This document shows, piece by piece, positions 1 through 13,654 of a stretch of 64,000 bases of DNA (positions are counted from its first letter, which is position 1; each line of letters opens with the position of its first letter). Position numbers and translations under genes: made by a program. Where the stretch lies: NCBI RefSeq assembly GCF_006345805.1, contig NC_043007.1:15996001-16060000 (forward strand), given 5' to 3'. The stretch comes from Octopus sinensis. Its lineage: Eukaryota. Under the pieces are notes generated by a model. That model did no database searches. It saw nothing but the letters and a program-made list of their open reading frames with translations, and was not told where the DNA came from.

Positions 1-500
1 GTGAGACACACAGTAAGTTTCCTACTACTATCCCTTTAAAGAAACCAGCTTTGAGTGGCACTTGATTTTATTTTGTCTTATACTGAGGTCAGATTAGGTA
101 CTGGTTTAGTATGAGTCATGCATGCACAAACTGTAAATTTATGATCTAGGTCTGTACAAAATTCATATTGTGAGACACTAGGTATTGCATGCTCTAAATA
201 GGTCTTTTATTAGGGGACACTGGTTTAAAAAATTTTTTTATCTAAGTTGGTATGGAGGTTATACTGGGGGATGTTAGGTATTGCTGTAGTCTAAATAGAT
301 AACCCACTGGAAAATAGTATATATTTTACTTTGGTCTATGTATAGCAGTCATATTGTGAGACACTGAATATTAACTTAGTTGAACTATATTCAGGGACAG
401 GATATTTTATAAAACTCCTTAAAGAAATCATATTGTGGGACACTCAGTATTAACTTGATGTAAATAAATAATATATTAAGAAACTGGATTTTTTACTTTG
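1..500. repeat. Degenerate tandem repeat (recurring 'catattgtg(a/g)gacact' unit)
   Basis: Motif recurs at about 1, 164, 350 and 429, with weaker copies in between. Confidence 0.45.
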
Positions 501-768
501 ATCTTTATTGGAAAGCAAAACTGGAACTCATCAGTTACCCAATCAATAGAACAGCCTGCTTGTGAAATTAATGTGCAAGTAGCTGAACACTCCACAGACA
601 CACGTACCCTTACCTGAGTATGACTCACTGAATGTGACAACACTGGCCCTTTGAAATACAGATACTACTTATTTTTGCCAGCTGAGTGAACTGAAGCAAA
701 GTGAAGTAAAGTGACTCACCCAGTTTTTCTGCTGTTTTCACAGCTATGCTGCATTCAAAATTTACTTT

Positions 769-1240
769 CATCATCATCATCATCGTTTAACGTCTGTTTT
801 CCATGCTAGCATGGGTTGGACGATTTGACTGAGGGCTGGTGAACCAGATGGCTGTGCCAGGCTCCAATCTGATCTGGCAGAGTTTCTACAGCTCGATGCC
901 CTTCCTAACACCAACCACTCCGAGAGTGTAGTGGGTGCTTTTAAAGTGCCACCGGCATGAGGGCCAGTCTGGTGGTACTTGCTACGGCCATGCTCAAAAT
1001 GATGTTTCTTACGTGCCACCCGCACAGGAGTCAGTCCAGCAGCACTGGCAACGACCTTGCTTGAATGTTTTTTCACTTGCCAGTAAAGCAACACTGGTAA
1101 CAATCACGCTCAAACGGTGCTTTTTACATGCCACTGGCACGGAAGCCAAACAGCCGCTCTGGCAGTGATTCCGCTTGGATGGAGTAGTTAGCACCCCACT
1201 GGCACGGGTGCCAGTCATCAAATTTGTTTTGATTTCGATT
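769..1240 (-). mobile_element. RTE-LINE 3' UTR fragment with (GAT)n tail
   Basis: 'catcatcatcgtttaacgtc...ccatgctagcatgggttggacg' is the reverse complement of the 3' end that follows the RTE ORF at 17350-17829. Confidence 0.75.
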
Positions 1241-1419
1241 TCTTATTTGTAAAATACCAAACACATTCGACACTTCCAAAGCTCGTTTCTAAAATGTTAT
1301 CTAATTTAAACCTGACCTGAGCAGATCAACATCTTTAAAAAGTAAAATAATAATGGGAACATCTTTGTAGAAAACTGAAACTATGTCTAAATATTTTCTT
1401 TGTGTTTTTTTTTTTTCAG

Positions 1420-1499
1420 GTTCTGCCATTGAAGAGTCTCCCAGAAATATATCTGCAAATGCAAAAGATGACTCCATTGATTTCGACTTTTATGATTGA
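1420..1499 (+). CDS. Probable terminal coding exon of an upstream gene (...SAIEESPRNISANAKDDSIDFDFYD*)
   Basis: Long poly-T tract plus CAG acceptor ending at 1419; open phase-1 frame to TGA at 1497-1499; AATAAA at 1574-1579. Product not recognised. Confidence 0.6.
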
Positions 1500-1706
1500 A
1501 CTGCAATGTGATATTTTTGCCAGACAACCCTCGCCTTATTTATTCAATTGTATTAAAATCTAAGGAAGTTTTCAATAAAGCTGTCTAGATTTCACTTACT
1601 ATATCTATTTATTTATTGTTATTATTATTATCATTATTATTATTGTCGTAATCATCCATCTTTAACTTCTAGATCAGTGGAGATTATAGTGACATTACTA
1701 CATCAA

Positions 1707-1742
<36 letters not shown>

Positions 1743-2084
1743 AAGTATGTATGTATAGGTAAGCAGGGTTAGCGGTTACAGTAACCAACTAAGGGATAAA
1801 AATATCTGTATTTACTATCGGTGTCAGTTACCTGTGTTATCTCTGGGCATGGGTATGCAGGTACACTATACTCACAGGGTACAGGTAACAACAAAATAAA
1901 CCAGAGTTTATCAGGAATCAAATTTAAAAAATCAGAAAATGGAGAAAACTTTAGATCAACAACCAAACAAATTGGACCACATCTGTAGATTACTTTTTAA
2001 TACAAAATGACATAGCAATTCTTATGACCATTTCCACTTCCAATGTCATTCGGTGCCTACAAAAGAATTATGAAAATAATATAA

Positions 2085-2178
2085 GTTCTGACGATTGGGG
2101 TTGTGTATAAGAAATGTTCCTGTAAAAGACTGTGTGTTTAAGGAATGGTAAAACGCACTTCATGAAACACGAGTAGCA
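2085..2178 (+). ncRNA. Degenerate PLE-type hammerhead motif
   Basis: CUGACGA (2088-2094), stem II UUGGGGUUGUGU/ACGCACUUCAU, then GAAA CACGAG UA; stem I is poor. Same family as the 45472 motif. Confidence 0.4.
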
Positions 2179-3274
2179 GAGAAATTTAGAAATGATTAGT
2201 AAGTATTAAAATAAAATTCTATTATATGGTGTGATGTATATTAGGATTTGATGAATTGCATGGAGACTTCTATCTCTAAATAACACACACACATATATAT
2301 ATATATATATATGTATGTATGTGTGCACTAATGAATCTAGTTTAGTAATGACAGTTGCTTCTGATAGGATCCTGTGCATATGGTGCCTAAGGATTCTACC
2401 CCTAGGACCTTCACAGGAATAAAGAGGTGCAAGTGTAAAACAGGATGGGGTGCAACATTTTGCTATACTGGATTCAAATCATTGTACAGTGGATAAAATA
2501 AGTAACAATGTCAAATTTGTGTGTCTTTCCTGCAAAATTTTGACCTTGTACTTAGTTAACAGAAGTTATTGTAATTTCATGTGTGTGGCTTCCTCGAAAT
2601 CTTAGTGACTTCTCAGTACTAAGTATTTCTTAGATATGTTCAAAACTCCACTATGTTAAAGGAGAGAAATATGTGATTTTCATGTCATTTTAAAGAGTAT
2701 TAACAGTTTAAGAAAGAGAGCTGGCTTACATCTGGTGTTAACTCAAATTGATGGCATGACTGTGATTAATAAATAAACTTACTGAGTAGCTTGCTTATTG
2801 CTCTGTTGTTGGTGTGAAGAGATCTGGTTTAAGCTTTGCGTCAAATTATGTTGGTGGTTCAACTTAATGAACTGCAAAACGTTTGCGCTCCACTATTTAT
2901 TGTACTGAGTTAGATTAAGTTTAATTTACAGAGTAGGGTACAGACTGGAGTCTGAAGAAACCAGTCAGAATCTGCATCAGGAACAATTAATCCAAAGAAG
3001 AGCTTATTTTTCTCTACTTCCCATTGAAGACTAAGAGCCTGAAAGGTTAGAATTTTTATTCTGCTCTATTTTCAAATTTATTAACATTCTACAAACTGAG
3101 GTGCTAGTGTTCTGCTCAACAATACTTGTAGTACTCAGTTGAAAATATAATCTCAGATAATTTTTATGTAGTATTCTATATCTGAGATTTGGTTTTTCTA
3201 TATTTTTAAATGCAAAACTTAACCAGAGAGAAAGTTTATACACAGTTCAGTAAAACAAAATAACTTGTACACCA

Positions 3275-3491
3275 TGGAATGTTTTCACCGCAATAGACGT
3301 CATTGATTGGTTGAAATTGCAGAAGTTGAAGAAAAAAACAACAACAAATATCTTACAAAGTATAGAATTTTCTCAATAAAGCCAAGAGAAAAAGATGTTT
3401 TATAAATACATTCAACCAGTATACGAAGTTTAAAAGTGTTTAGATACGTGGAAGTTATTTTAAAAAACTGCCGTTCAAACCGAAAAGGTCC
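3275..3491 (+). mobile_element. Truncated Merlin-like MITE (family M1, right half)
   Basis: Matches the right half of 8875-9273 and ends in 'aaaactgccgttcaaaccgaaaaggtcc'. Confidence 0.7.
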
Positions 3492-3492
3492 A

Positions 3493-3993
3493 CTAACTCT
3501 GCCATTAAGTAAGAGGTTCACAATCTTTTTGACTTCGGAGTACAATGGAGAGAAAAATAAAAACTATCATCGCATTGCGTCGAGATTTAAGATATTTATT
3601 TAAAAACATTTATAAAATAATACAGAAACTAATTGCCAACTTTGTTTTATAAATCTTTTTTATAGAACAAAATTATTACTAAAACGTCTTTAAGATCCTC
3701 AAGCATTAATATGGATCTTCTAAAACCTCACAATAGAGTTTTAAATATTTTAAAAATCTGCAGCGCCTCGTTTGACAAGCGTTGGGCTCGTAAAGTCATG
3801 CGTTGTAACGGAAACGTAGATTTGACCAAGGGGAGTCACTCTCGTTTTCCTCAATTTAACACTGGGAGTTACATCCCGTGGGTTGTTTACCCTTTTCTCG
3901 GCCCAATGCGACGATAATTTTCGTTTTTCTCTCCATTATACTCCGAAGTCAAAAAGATTGTGAACTCCTGATTTACTCTGTAGCAGAGTTAGT
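3493..3993. mobile_element. MITE-like element with ~65-bp terminal inverted repeats
   Basis: 'actaactctgc...gttcacaatctttttgacttcggagtacaatggagagaaaaa' is inverted at 3925-3993. Superfamily not determined. Confidence 0.6.
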
Positions 3994-5654
3994 TTTTGTT
4001 TCAAGTTGCTTTACAAAAATAGAGTAACTCCTTTGTTATCTAATCCAGTCTGCCAAGATGTTATTTCATCACACGACACGTTTAATGTTATTGTTTAGTA
4101 CAGAGTTTTCGCAGCAGTCGATGTGGATCTGTGAAGATTGAAAAGTAGGTGGACAAATTGCTATGTTTGATAAAAGTAAGACAGTTTTAAACAATTTTAG
4201 TCTTCTACAACACAAAGGTGATGAAAGAAGGATTATATGAAATGCGACTCGATTTTGCCTTGTCGATGAAGAGGGTGTGGGCTAAAAAAATCGGTAATAA
4301 TTTTTTGAAGGTGGCTAGATATTTGTCAATTTCAGAATATCAAAGTATTACATACTATTATGTCAAACCTATTATCAAAAACATTCCATCCGTGACTATT
4401 CCGGCTATTTAGACTCTCTAGAACTATTTTACTAAAATGAACGCTATCATATTTAATGAAGTGAGCGAAGAAATTTTAATTAATTAAATGTGCACCCATA
4501 GATTAGAGGAACCAATAATTATCTTAATGATTAACTCTTGTCATCAAATGAAATGGAGACAACTTTCAGACATTTTAATTTCAAAAGTGGGATGTAGTGG
4601 GAAGTAACAGTATCTCACTTGAACTCATTTGTTTAAAGGTAGCATTTGATTTTAGTAAAATTTGGCTGCTATTTCTAGCAAGCCGATGTAATCTTGAGCA
4701 AGACGGATATCTGTATTTATTCTATTATACATTGTTAAAAAACATTTAGTAAATCATTCCTTTCAGCAAGTTTGTCATTCCATAACTTTTTGTTTATTTT
4801 ATTATTTTTTTTTTCCCGTTAAATATCACCTCTAGTCACTCATCTCCCAGCTGTCATCATTCTGTTTTTTCGGGCCCAGCATATATAGGACTACACTAGT
4901 GTCCTTCCAATTTTTAATAAGATGGTACGATATGATTTGTGGGATATTTGATAGCTCTTTTTAAGGGAACAAGCGATCATATTTATTGAGTCTGACATCG
5001 CTGCCGGGTTAAAAAGTTCATTTCGCAAACACGTAGATTCGGGTTCGTCCTTGCAGTGTAGCACTTTCGCTAAATATTTTCTACAATAACTAAGAGCTTG
5101 TGGCTGAAGGAAATCGTATAAAAAGCACATCGGGTGGATTGCATTAATTCTAGGTTTAATCCTTCACCCGATTAAACACTATCACTTGAACTTGCATACC
5201 ATTTTAAGAGAACTTGCAAAAACCGTCATAAAATTGATGTTCTTCCTCTGCTTAAGTCAAAAATGGCTTACTTGAACTGACTGATTCTTGATATATTATT
5301 GATCATAATTTAGACACTTATAACCTTACTTCCTATAGATTTTCATTTCACCTTCAGCAAAAATATTTAGAAAGCAATTTTACAGCTTCATGTCGCAAAA
5401 GCAGACAACAATTTCAAACAAAATCTAAAATAGTTATTTCATCTTTGAAGAAGTGAGGTTTGAAAGAAAACTTCATTAGCAGTTTTTACACGTCCGAATG
5501 TCTGATATAGTCGAACTAATTTGTTAATCGACCTTATTACTTGAAAGATTCTTTATTTTATTTGTCCAGGTAAGATGGAAAGCAAAGTTGGCTTCTGCGT
5601 ATTTTTATGTATGTGGTCTACATTTGTTGTACATCTACATAGTTATAGATATCT

Positions 5655-5830
5655 ATTTCTTTATTGTCCACAAGGGGCTAAACATAGAGGGGACAAACAA
5701 GGGGATTAAGTCGATTACATCGACCCCAGTACATAACTGGTACTTAATTTATCGACCCCGAAGGATGAAAAGCCTCGGCGGAATTTGAACTCATAACGTA
5801 GCGACGGGCGAAATACCGCTAAGCATTTCA
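5655..5830 (-). mobile_element. SINE family B fragment
   Basis: 'ggtacttaatttatcgaccccgaaggatgaaa...cggcggaatttgaactca' core is shared with many copies in the window. Confidence 0.75.
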
Positions 5831-6726
5831 CCCATGGTTATAGATATCTGTTAGGGAACAGCGCTTGTTCTTGATCATTTTTGTTTACTTTTTCATACTT
5901 GCTGGGTCTGGAAGAAGGGCCAGTAGCCATAGCCTGTGTTTACTTTTCTGTATCAGTGAGACTGATGTCATTAATATTCCTCTTCAATCTTTTTAAGTAA
6001 AACCTTTGGGTAAGACATCGGCACAGTCGGATTTCCAGAATACCGATGTTCTAGCAAATGACTGAGCGTGCTGATTTTTGCGGGACCTGGATTTATTTTT
6101 AGTTTTTAATTAAAATACCACCAAGGTCAACAGCATTTTCCATCCTTCTTGGATTGATTAAGTACATGCCAGTCTAACGGATATAATCGTCTTCCGCCTA
6201 AAAACATTTTTGGCATTGTACGTATATTAAAACAATCGTTATTTACCTATTTTCATCCCCTTACATGCAGTTCCCTTTTCAACTTGTCTCTCTTCTAAAT
6301 TGTTTTTCTTTTTCTGTGTGTAGTTTGTCAAGTGATGGTTGAATACTTAACAAAAACAAGTTTACATTAAAAACCGAATGTTTGCATTTATAAGAGTGTA
6401 TGAAAGAAACTTTAACACCAACCCACTTCTTCCTTTCAAAGGCTATATTGTTCGACATGCCAAATTTGAATATTTGTTATGGAGAGACAATAGTTCTAAC
6501 CTTTTCAGAAAAAACCTTTCTTTGAAGAGAAAAACATTTTTTTAAATGTTTATGGTAAGGGCTACGATAAACACTTAAAACTTTCTCAAAAAATTTACCA
6601 ACTTTATGCAATTAATCAGGACATTGTAATATATTCAACAAAAGATGGGTTCGTATGTCTCAGGGCAATCATACATTTTCTTCCTTATTCTCTCATATAT
6701 GCACATTTTTTTTTTTCTTTTTACGT

Positions 6727-7108
6727 GGAAGCACTCCGTCGGTTACGACGATGAGGGTTCCGGTTGATCCGACCAACGGAACAGCCTGCTCGTGAAATTA
6801 ACATGTAAGTGGCTGAGCACTCCACAGACACGTGTACCCTTAACGTAGTTCTCGGGGATATTCAGCGTGACACAGAGAGTGACAAGGCCGGCCCTTTGAA
6901 ATACAGGTACAACAGAAACAGGAAGAAAGAGTGAGAGAAAGTTGTGGCGAAAGAGTACAGCAGGGGTCGCCACCACCCCTTGCCGGAGCCTCGGGGAGCT
7001 GTAGGTGTTTTCGCTCAATAAACACTCACAACGCCCGGTCTGGGAATCGAAACCGCGATCCTACGACCGCGAGTCCGCTGCCCTAACCACTGGGCCATTG
7101 CGCCTCCA
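6727..7108 (-). mobile_element. tRNA-derived SINE family C, full length
   Basis: 5' head GGAGGCGCAATGGCCCAGTGGTTAGGGCAGCGGACTCGCGG... with A/B-box-like motifs; 11-bp TSD tctttttacgt; near-identical to the 14194 and 39746 copies. Confidence 0.85.
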
Positions 7109-7519
7109 CTCTTTTTACGTAAATGTTTTCGTAACTCAGTCCTAATGTGAAGCAAAGAATACCTTCATCGGAGAAAAACACTTATTTAGGTTTATGGCAG
7201 CATTTAGCATAAACAGTTTAAAATCTCTCTCTCTAGTAATAGATTTAGACTCGGTCTAAATTATATCATGCTTGCAAGGCCGCTAATTAAAATCTTACAC
7301 CTAAAGACCTTACGAATATTCTTATTTTGGGTTCAACGCCAGCAAGTTTTGAGGGACAGGTTAATCGGTTACATCGACACCAGTACTCAACTGGTATTAT
7401 TTTATAAACTCCGAAAAGATAAAAGGCAAACTGAAGCTCGGTTAAATATCAAATCAGGGCATAAGGACGAACGAAATGCTGCTGAGCGTGCTGGCTAGGG
7501 GCTCACAAATATTGGTTTT

Positions 7520-7875
7520 AAATCTGGTGCACAAGGCCAGCAATTTTGGGGGAAGGGTATATCGATTACATAGACTCCAGTGTTCAATCGGTACTTATTT
7601 TATCGACCCCGAAAGGATAAAAAGCAAAGTCGACCTTGGTGGCATTTGAACTCAAAACGTGAAGACGGACGAAATGCCACCAAACATTTTGCTAGTTCAT
7701 CACCTTTCCCGAAACGTCAAAGATTGATTTCAAATTTTGGCACAAGACCAGCAATTTGGGGGGGGGGGAAGGGGTAAGTACCAGAGCTCAAATGGTACTT
7801 ATTTTATCGACCTTTGCAGAATTTGAACTCAAAACGTGAAGACTTGCAAATGATTCTGCCAGCTCACCGCCTTAG
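7520..7875 (-). mobile_element. SINE family B, degenerate dimer
   Basis: Two consecutive family-B cores ending in 'gattctgccagctcaccgcct'. Confidence 0.65.
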
Positions 7876-8874
7876 GCCTCACAAATATTAAAAGAAAAAA
7901 AAAACATATATGCTTTTTTAATTATTTTGAGGTCCTTGCGAATTGTGTTGCCCTACGCAGAGACTTTTGTAACCCTTGCATAAATTAGGCTCTGCTCTCT
8001 GGAGCAGGGTTTTACTCGAAGCATCAACACTCTCGCCACAGTATAGGAAATTTACGAACTTTTATTAAATTATTTTTCCTGATTTTTATACCATCTTAAT
8101 GTTCTTATACACCCACGTGTATTGTTCTTTTTAGATTGGATTAACTTTAGCACATGCGCAGTTAGTGTGATACATGTAGGTTTGGATTTCAACAGTCGTA
8201 TAAAGCAAAGCTCTTCTTATGCAGTCGATGGATTATAAAAATGAATTCTGATTGAAGTTATTTTCGTTGGTGAGTGCAACATCTTTAATTGGCTTTTGCC
8301 ATTTACCATTCTTGAGGTACAAAGAATACCTGACAGGTTTGCTATTGTTCCTTTTTTTTTTCTTTAGCTACTTACATTCTTAAAAATATCTGCCACTGTT
8401 AGAAATTATTTTTGTTTATATTAAAATTTTGTCTTTTACTTGAAGAAGGGCCGATAGGTTTCCTTTTGTATTTTTATCGATATATATATATATATATACA
8501 TGTGTGTGTCCCTGTTGCTTAAAATAAATAATTCTGAATTTGCTTTTTGATATAACATTGTGTCACATATTTATACATTGTCATTATTGTATAAAGTTAA
8601 TCTCTTATATCATGGTACGGATCTAAGGCACGTACATTACTCCACGCCCTTGTTCACTTTATTTATAAAAACCTCGAGTAATTTTTCAGAGGGGTTAACA
8701 TAATACACAGGTGTTTTTCGCTGACGTAAAAAGTTCTTCAAAACCTGTAATATTTTGTACAAAGAGAAGAAAATTGACGGCACTAATTTCATTGGGGCAC
8801 ACAGGAACAGTTATATTATTTTGCACTTAATTTATTCTAGTTGGGTATTAACTTGTACATTTATTAAAGAATTC

Positions 8875-9273
8875 GGATCTTTTCGGTTTGAACGGCAGTT
8901 TTTTCTAGCGGTGTCATATGAAATTGTCACTCATAATTATGACCCTAGTATCGATCTATTGTATTTCAATCTGTTTTAGGGTTAGGGGTAGGGGGAAGGG
9001 TATCTTTTTTCTTCAGAAATGTAAATAAACCCAATCTGTTTCTTAAACGAGGGACATATTCATACGGCACAGAATGTTTTCACCTCAAATACATGTCATT
9101 GATTGGTTGAAATTGCCAAAATTGAAGAAAATATCTTACAAACTATAGAATTTTCTCAATAAAGCCAAGAGAAAAGATGTTTTATAAACACATTCTACCA
9201 GTATACGAAGTTTTAAAATTTTTTAGTTACCTAGAAATTATGTTAAAAACTGCCGGTCAAACCGAAAGGATCC
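8875..9273 (+). mobile_element. Merlin-like MITE family M1
   Basis: ~28-bp TIR GGATCTTTTCGGTTTGAACGGCAGTTTT; imperfect 8-bp TSD aagaattc/aagagttg; internal TTAGGG repeats. Confidence 0.8.
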
Positions 9274-10927
9274 AAGAGTTGTAACTATTCACAAATGAGG
9301 AAAGGGAAGCGATGGTCCTTTTTATTAAGGCCATAACCTCAAGAATAAACGAGTGATGTGCACCCGATACTGCTTAATTCTTTTCGTCATTAGCAGCTAT
9401 ATGTGGCACGATCTGCATCTTCATACACTTGATTAGATCTCCATAAACAAAGCCTCGCCCATATAGCTTTATTGTTTGTTTTCAAATGAGTGACCAGTTA
9501 TAAATTTAGTTTTCTCGAAGTACGTCCAAAAAGATAATTAATATTTATTAATATAAAATGTTATCAGCTGAGAATTTATGCGCTCCTGCAATCATATATA
9601 ATCCGTTTCTTCTGGAAAACGGAATGTGTTGTTAAAGGTGTCACTGAGGTCGTTCGTGCACAAAAGAGGTAAATCAAAACGGTGGAGGACACATTCAAGA
9701 TAATACGCAATATTTAGTTTTATACTATTCAAAGTAGATTTTTTCTCTTTTCTTCATTTGGCATTCTTTCGATATAACTCGACAAAATTAAAACGTATCA
9801 CCGGGTATTTCCGTGGAAGCAAATGATAAGTTCGATTCTGTTTTCTGCTTGGAAATTTTCGGATTTTACATACACACATGAAACAGGTAAGAACAAATAT
9901 GCAAGGCTTTTTTTCTTTTAAGTTTAAAATGGAATCTTTATTCCGATCATGATGGGTCTTATATAGAATGGGACAATACAGGACAAACGAAAGACAAAAA
10001 TGTTATACGAGTTCGAATGAGTTACATGTTAAAAATTTACTTAAAAAATATTTTATATAACGATTAAATTTTCCTTTAACTAGAACTTTTTTTTTTAATT
10101 AAACGAAAACAAAGAAAGAAGAACGAACAAAAAGATTAAAAGATCGAACCCTCTTTAAGTTTAAAATGAGACATTGCTGGCATAATTTCGTTAGATCTGT
10201 ACTCCACAACCCACGGAAATACCCGAAGTGAAATATTTTGGTTTTGTCGAGTTATATCGAAAGAGAGAAAGAATCGTATTCGAGAAACTATGTTAATTTT
10301 ACCTTTTTTGGACATTAACAAAATATCTTTAATTATTGCTCACGTGAAGGAAGCATATACAAGATTTGTAACTCTTCAGAGCTGAAAAATATTTTGTTCT
10401 AAAGAGAAATCCGATATGAGGATGCATTCATAAACAGAACCACGAACAAAGAGAAAGGATAAAAAACCAGCGGCATCAGGTAACTATTTTGGAATTAGAA
10501 TGACTAAGGCTTAACATACTACTAGTAATAATAATAATAATAGAAACATTATTTCGAATAATAATAGCGTATTCTTTAAATTTTATTTTAACTTAGTAAA
10601 AACATAATCTTAATGAGTGTAAAATTAGTCATAATTATTCAACATAGCTGTAAAGCAAAGCAAAGCACAGCTGTCTGTTAATTATACAGCGCAGCTTTGT
10701 TTTTTATTGTAAGAAATCGTATTACAGTGGGCAGTAGCAAATTTGCTGACATGTCATTTCCCGTTTATCAAAGACTAGCTACCGTAGTTTCTCGAACATA
10801 TCGAGTACTTTGTGAGAACTTGCTTAAACCAAGCCTTAAAAAAAAGAAAAGAATTATAATAGATAAAATGGAATTAGATATTCCATCCCCTAAAAAGACG
10901 GTATGGTCACGACATGAAGGCCTTTAC

Positions 10928-11158
10928 GGTACAACTTGGGGAACAGTGGTCCCGGTGCGCGCACTCGCGCTAGCTAGTCGTGACTAGTCGATCCTACGAC
11001 TACCTAGCAAAGTAAATATAACACAAAATATTTTTTTGTTAAACAAAGTAAATAATTTTTTAAACAAAGTAAATAACACACAAAAACACAAAGGAACAAC
11101 TAGTCATGACAAGCTAGCGCGAGTGCGCGCACCGGGACCGCTGTTCTCAAGTAGTACC
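10928..11158. mobile_element. Merlin-like fold-back MITE family M2
   Basis: TIR GGTAC...GTGGTCCCGGTGCGCGCACTCGCGCTAGC; exact 9-bp TSD ggcctttac. Confidence 0.85.
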
Positions 11159-11497
11159 GGCCTTTACATCAGTTTGACCGGAACTAAACAACCACAACAA
11201 GCTGATGGAAATTGCGCACTTCTAAAACGCCACCACATCTCGCATTATAAAGTAGTATATTTTTATGCAGTTCTTTCTGCCAAATAAATAACCACCGCAT
11301 TGTTTATAACAACAGCACGAAACATAAACTCCCTACCTGTATCAAATAACCCGTAGTCGTGTTTACATTGTTAAATGTAACACCATAACCATTACACAGG
11401 GTCAAAAGCTCTCGCTTCAATTCATGTTTCTCAGTAGCGAAGTGTGAGGTAATCAGACGGCCACTTTCTATGTTTTGCTGTTGTCGAAGGGCTGTTC

Positions 11498-11909
11498 GGA
11501 TCTTTTCGGTTTGAACGGCAGTTTTTAACATAATTTCTAGATAACTAGAAAATTTTAAACTTCGTATACTGGTAAAATGTGTTTATAAAACATCTTTTTC
11601 TCTTGGCTTTATTGAGAAAATTCTATAGTTTGTAAGATATTTGTTTTTCTTTTCTTCAATTTCTGCAATTTCAACCAATCAATGACGTGTATTGAGGTAA
11701 AAAAAACATTCTGTGCCGTATGAATATGTCCCTCGTTTAAGAAACAGATTGGGTTTATTTACATTTGTGAAGAAAAAAAGATACCCTTCCCCCCACCCCT
11801 AACCCTAAAACAGATTGAAATGCAATAGATCGATACTAGGGTCATAATTATGGATGACAATTTCATATGACACCGCTAGAAAAAACTGCCGTTCAAACCG
11901 AAAAGATCC
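11498..11909 (-). mobile_element. Merlin-like MITE family M1
   Basis: Perfect TIRs; inverted relative to the 8875 copy; imperfect 8-bp TSD ggctgttc/gggttttc. Confidence 0.85.
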
Positions 11910-12383
11910 GGGTTTTCGTGTAAACCTTTAGGTACCACATTACTGCTGAAATACACTGCATTTGTTTCAATTAATTCTGAAAATAAGAACTTAGCAGAAT
12001 AACTGCCATTATCAAGCCACGTTTTTGAAACGTGAAATTTTAATGGAGAATTTTTAGATCAATTAAAAACATTAATGAACCAGCGAGCGGTCTCGGGTTG
12101 ACATAATACACCGGTGCTTTTGCTGACGTAAAAAAATTGTTCTTCAAAACCCTTCAGGTTTTGTACAAAAAGAAGAAAACTGACAGCACTAATTTCATTG
12201 GGACTCACAGGAACAGTTATATTATTTTGAACCTAATTAATTCTGATTGGGTAAGTATTAATTTGTACGTTTGTTAATGATTAGTAACTGCTTAGAAATA
12301 AGGAATATTATGATCAGAAGAGGAGCCGATGATGCTTTTTTTTATTAAGGTCATAATCTCAAGAATAAAATACAAACGAATCA

Positions 12384-12620
12384 GGTACTACTTAAGAAAA
12401 GTGGTCCCGGTGCGCCTACTTGCGTACTCGCGCTAGCTAGCTAGTCGTGACTATTCGATCCTACGATGACTACCTAGCAAAGTAAAACACAAAATAATTT
12501 TTTTACACAAAGTAAATAATTTTTTTAAAACAAAGTAAATAAAACACAAAGTAAGGATCGACTAGTCACGGCTAGCTAGTGCGAGTGCGTGCACCGGGAC
12601 CACTCTTCTTAACTAGTACC
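12384..12620. mobile_element. Merlin-like fold-back MITE family M2
   Basis: GGTAC...GTACC termini; exact 8-bp TSD acgaatca (12376-12383 and 12621-12628). Confidence 0.85.
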
Positions 12621-12721
12621 ACGAATCATTATAGAATCAACATATAAACGTCATTCGTTTTTTTTTTTAAGGAAATAGCTTTTGTCTTATATGAATGTAT
12701 GTTTGCTTTTAGTATACAAAA

Positions 12722-13040
12722 TATGGCTGTGTGGTTAAGGAGCTCGCTTTGCAACCACGTGATTTTGAGTTCAATCCTTACATAAGTATCTCCTACTTTA
12801 GTCCCGGACCGACCAACGCGCTGTAGATTTGTAGACGGAAAGTGAGTCGAAGCCCATCGTGTGTTTGTTTCCCCCACCACCAATACTTGATAACCGGTGT
12901 TGGTTTGTTTACGCATCCTTACGTTAGCAGTTTGGCAAAAGATTCTCATAGAATAAGTACTAGGGTCGCTCTCTTCAACTAAACCCGTCAAGGAGGTGTC
13001 CCTGTATTGTCACGGTCCAATTACTGAAACTGGCAAAAGA
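12722..13040 (+). mobile_element. SINE family A, degenerate
   Basis: 'tggctgtgtggttaagg...agaataagtactagg...actgaaactggcaaaaga' resembles the family A consensus. Confidence 0.6.
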
Positions 13041-13049
13041 TATATATAT

Positions 13050-13278
13050 ATTTCTTTATTGCCCACAAGGGGCTAAACATAGAAGGGACAAACAAAGACA
13101 GACAAAGGAATTAAATCAATTACATCGACCCCAGTGCATAACTGGCACTTAATTTATAGACCCCGAAAGGATGAAAGGCAAAGTCGACCTCGGCGGAACT
13201 TGAACTAAGAACGTAACGGCAGACGAAATACGGCTACGTATTTCGCCCAGCGTGCTAACGATTCTGCCAGCTCGCCGC
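13050..13278 (-). mobile_element. SINE family B, full length
   Basis: Complete unit from 'tttctttattgcccacaagggg' to 'ctgccagctcgccgc'. Confidence 0.8.
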
Positions 13279-13654
13279 AAAAGATATATATGAAAGATCG
13301 CATTGTCTGCTTCAACAAGTTACTTCACTAAATATAACAGGAAATTCTGCTTACAACTCGCAAACATAGCTGGGAACTTAGTCAGGCATCTTTCCCTTGC
13401 TTCTTTCTATTGCATCTATACGAATCATTCCGATGGATAAAATGGAGTCTGATTCACACTCATGTGAGTTTATGATTCATACTAAGCTGATTATAAAACA
13501 GCCAAGATGTCAGTTGAAAGTATACAAGATACCCTGGGTACTTTCCTTAATTAAGTACAAAATTTATTGTCTCTAATGCCCTTATTCTAGCAGAAAAGCT
13601 GGTCTGTGGAATCTGAATTTAGAATACTAAGGGGTTTTCTTTTTTGGTCAATGC

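Noticed and set aside
7035-7108. tRNA-like sequences (also about 14500, 22335, 40060, 59650 and the SINE A heads)
   Set aside because: They are 5' heads of SINEs, continuous with SINE bodies and TSDs; no proper acceptor stem or terminator.
8975-9000. TTAGGG repeats as an interstitial telomere or fusion scar
   Set aside because: Only one or two units per copy and always inside the Merlin-like MITEs.
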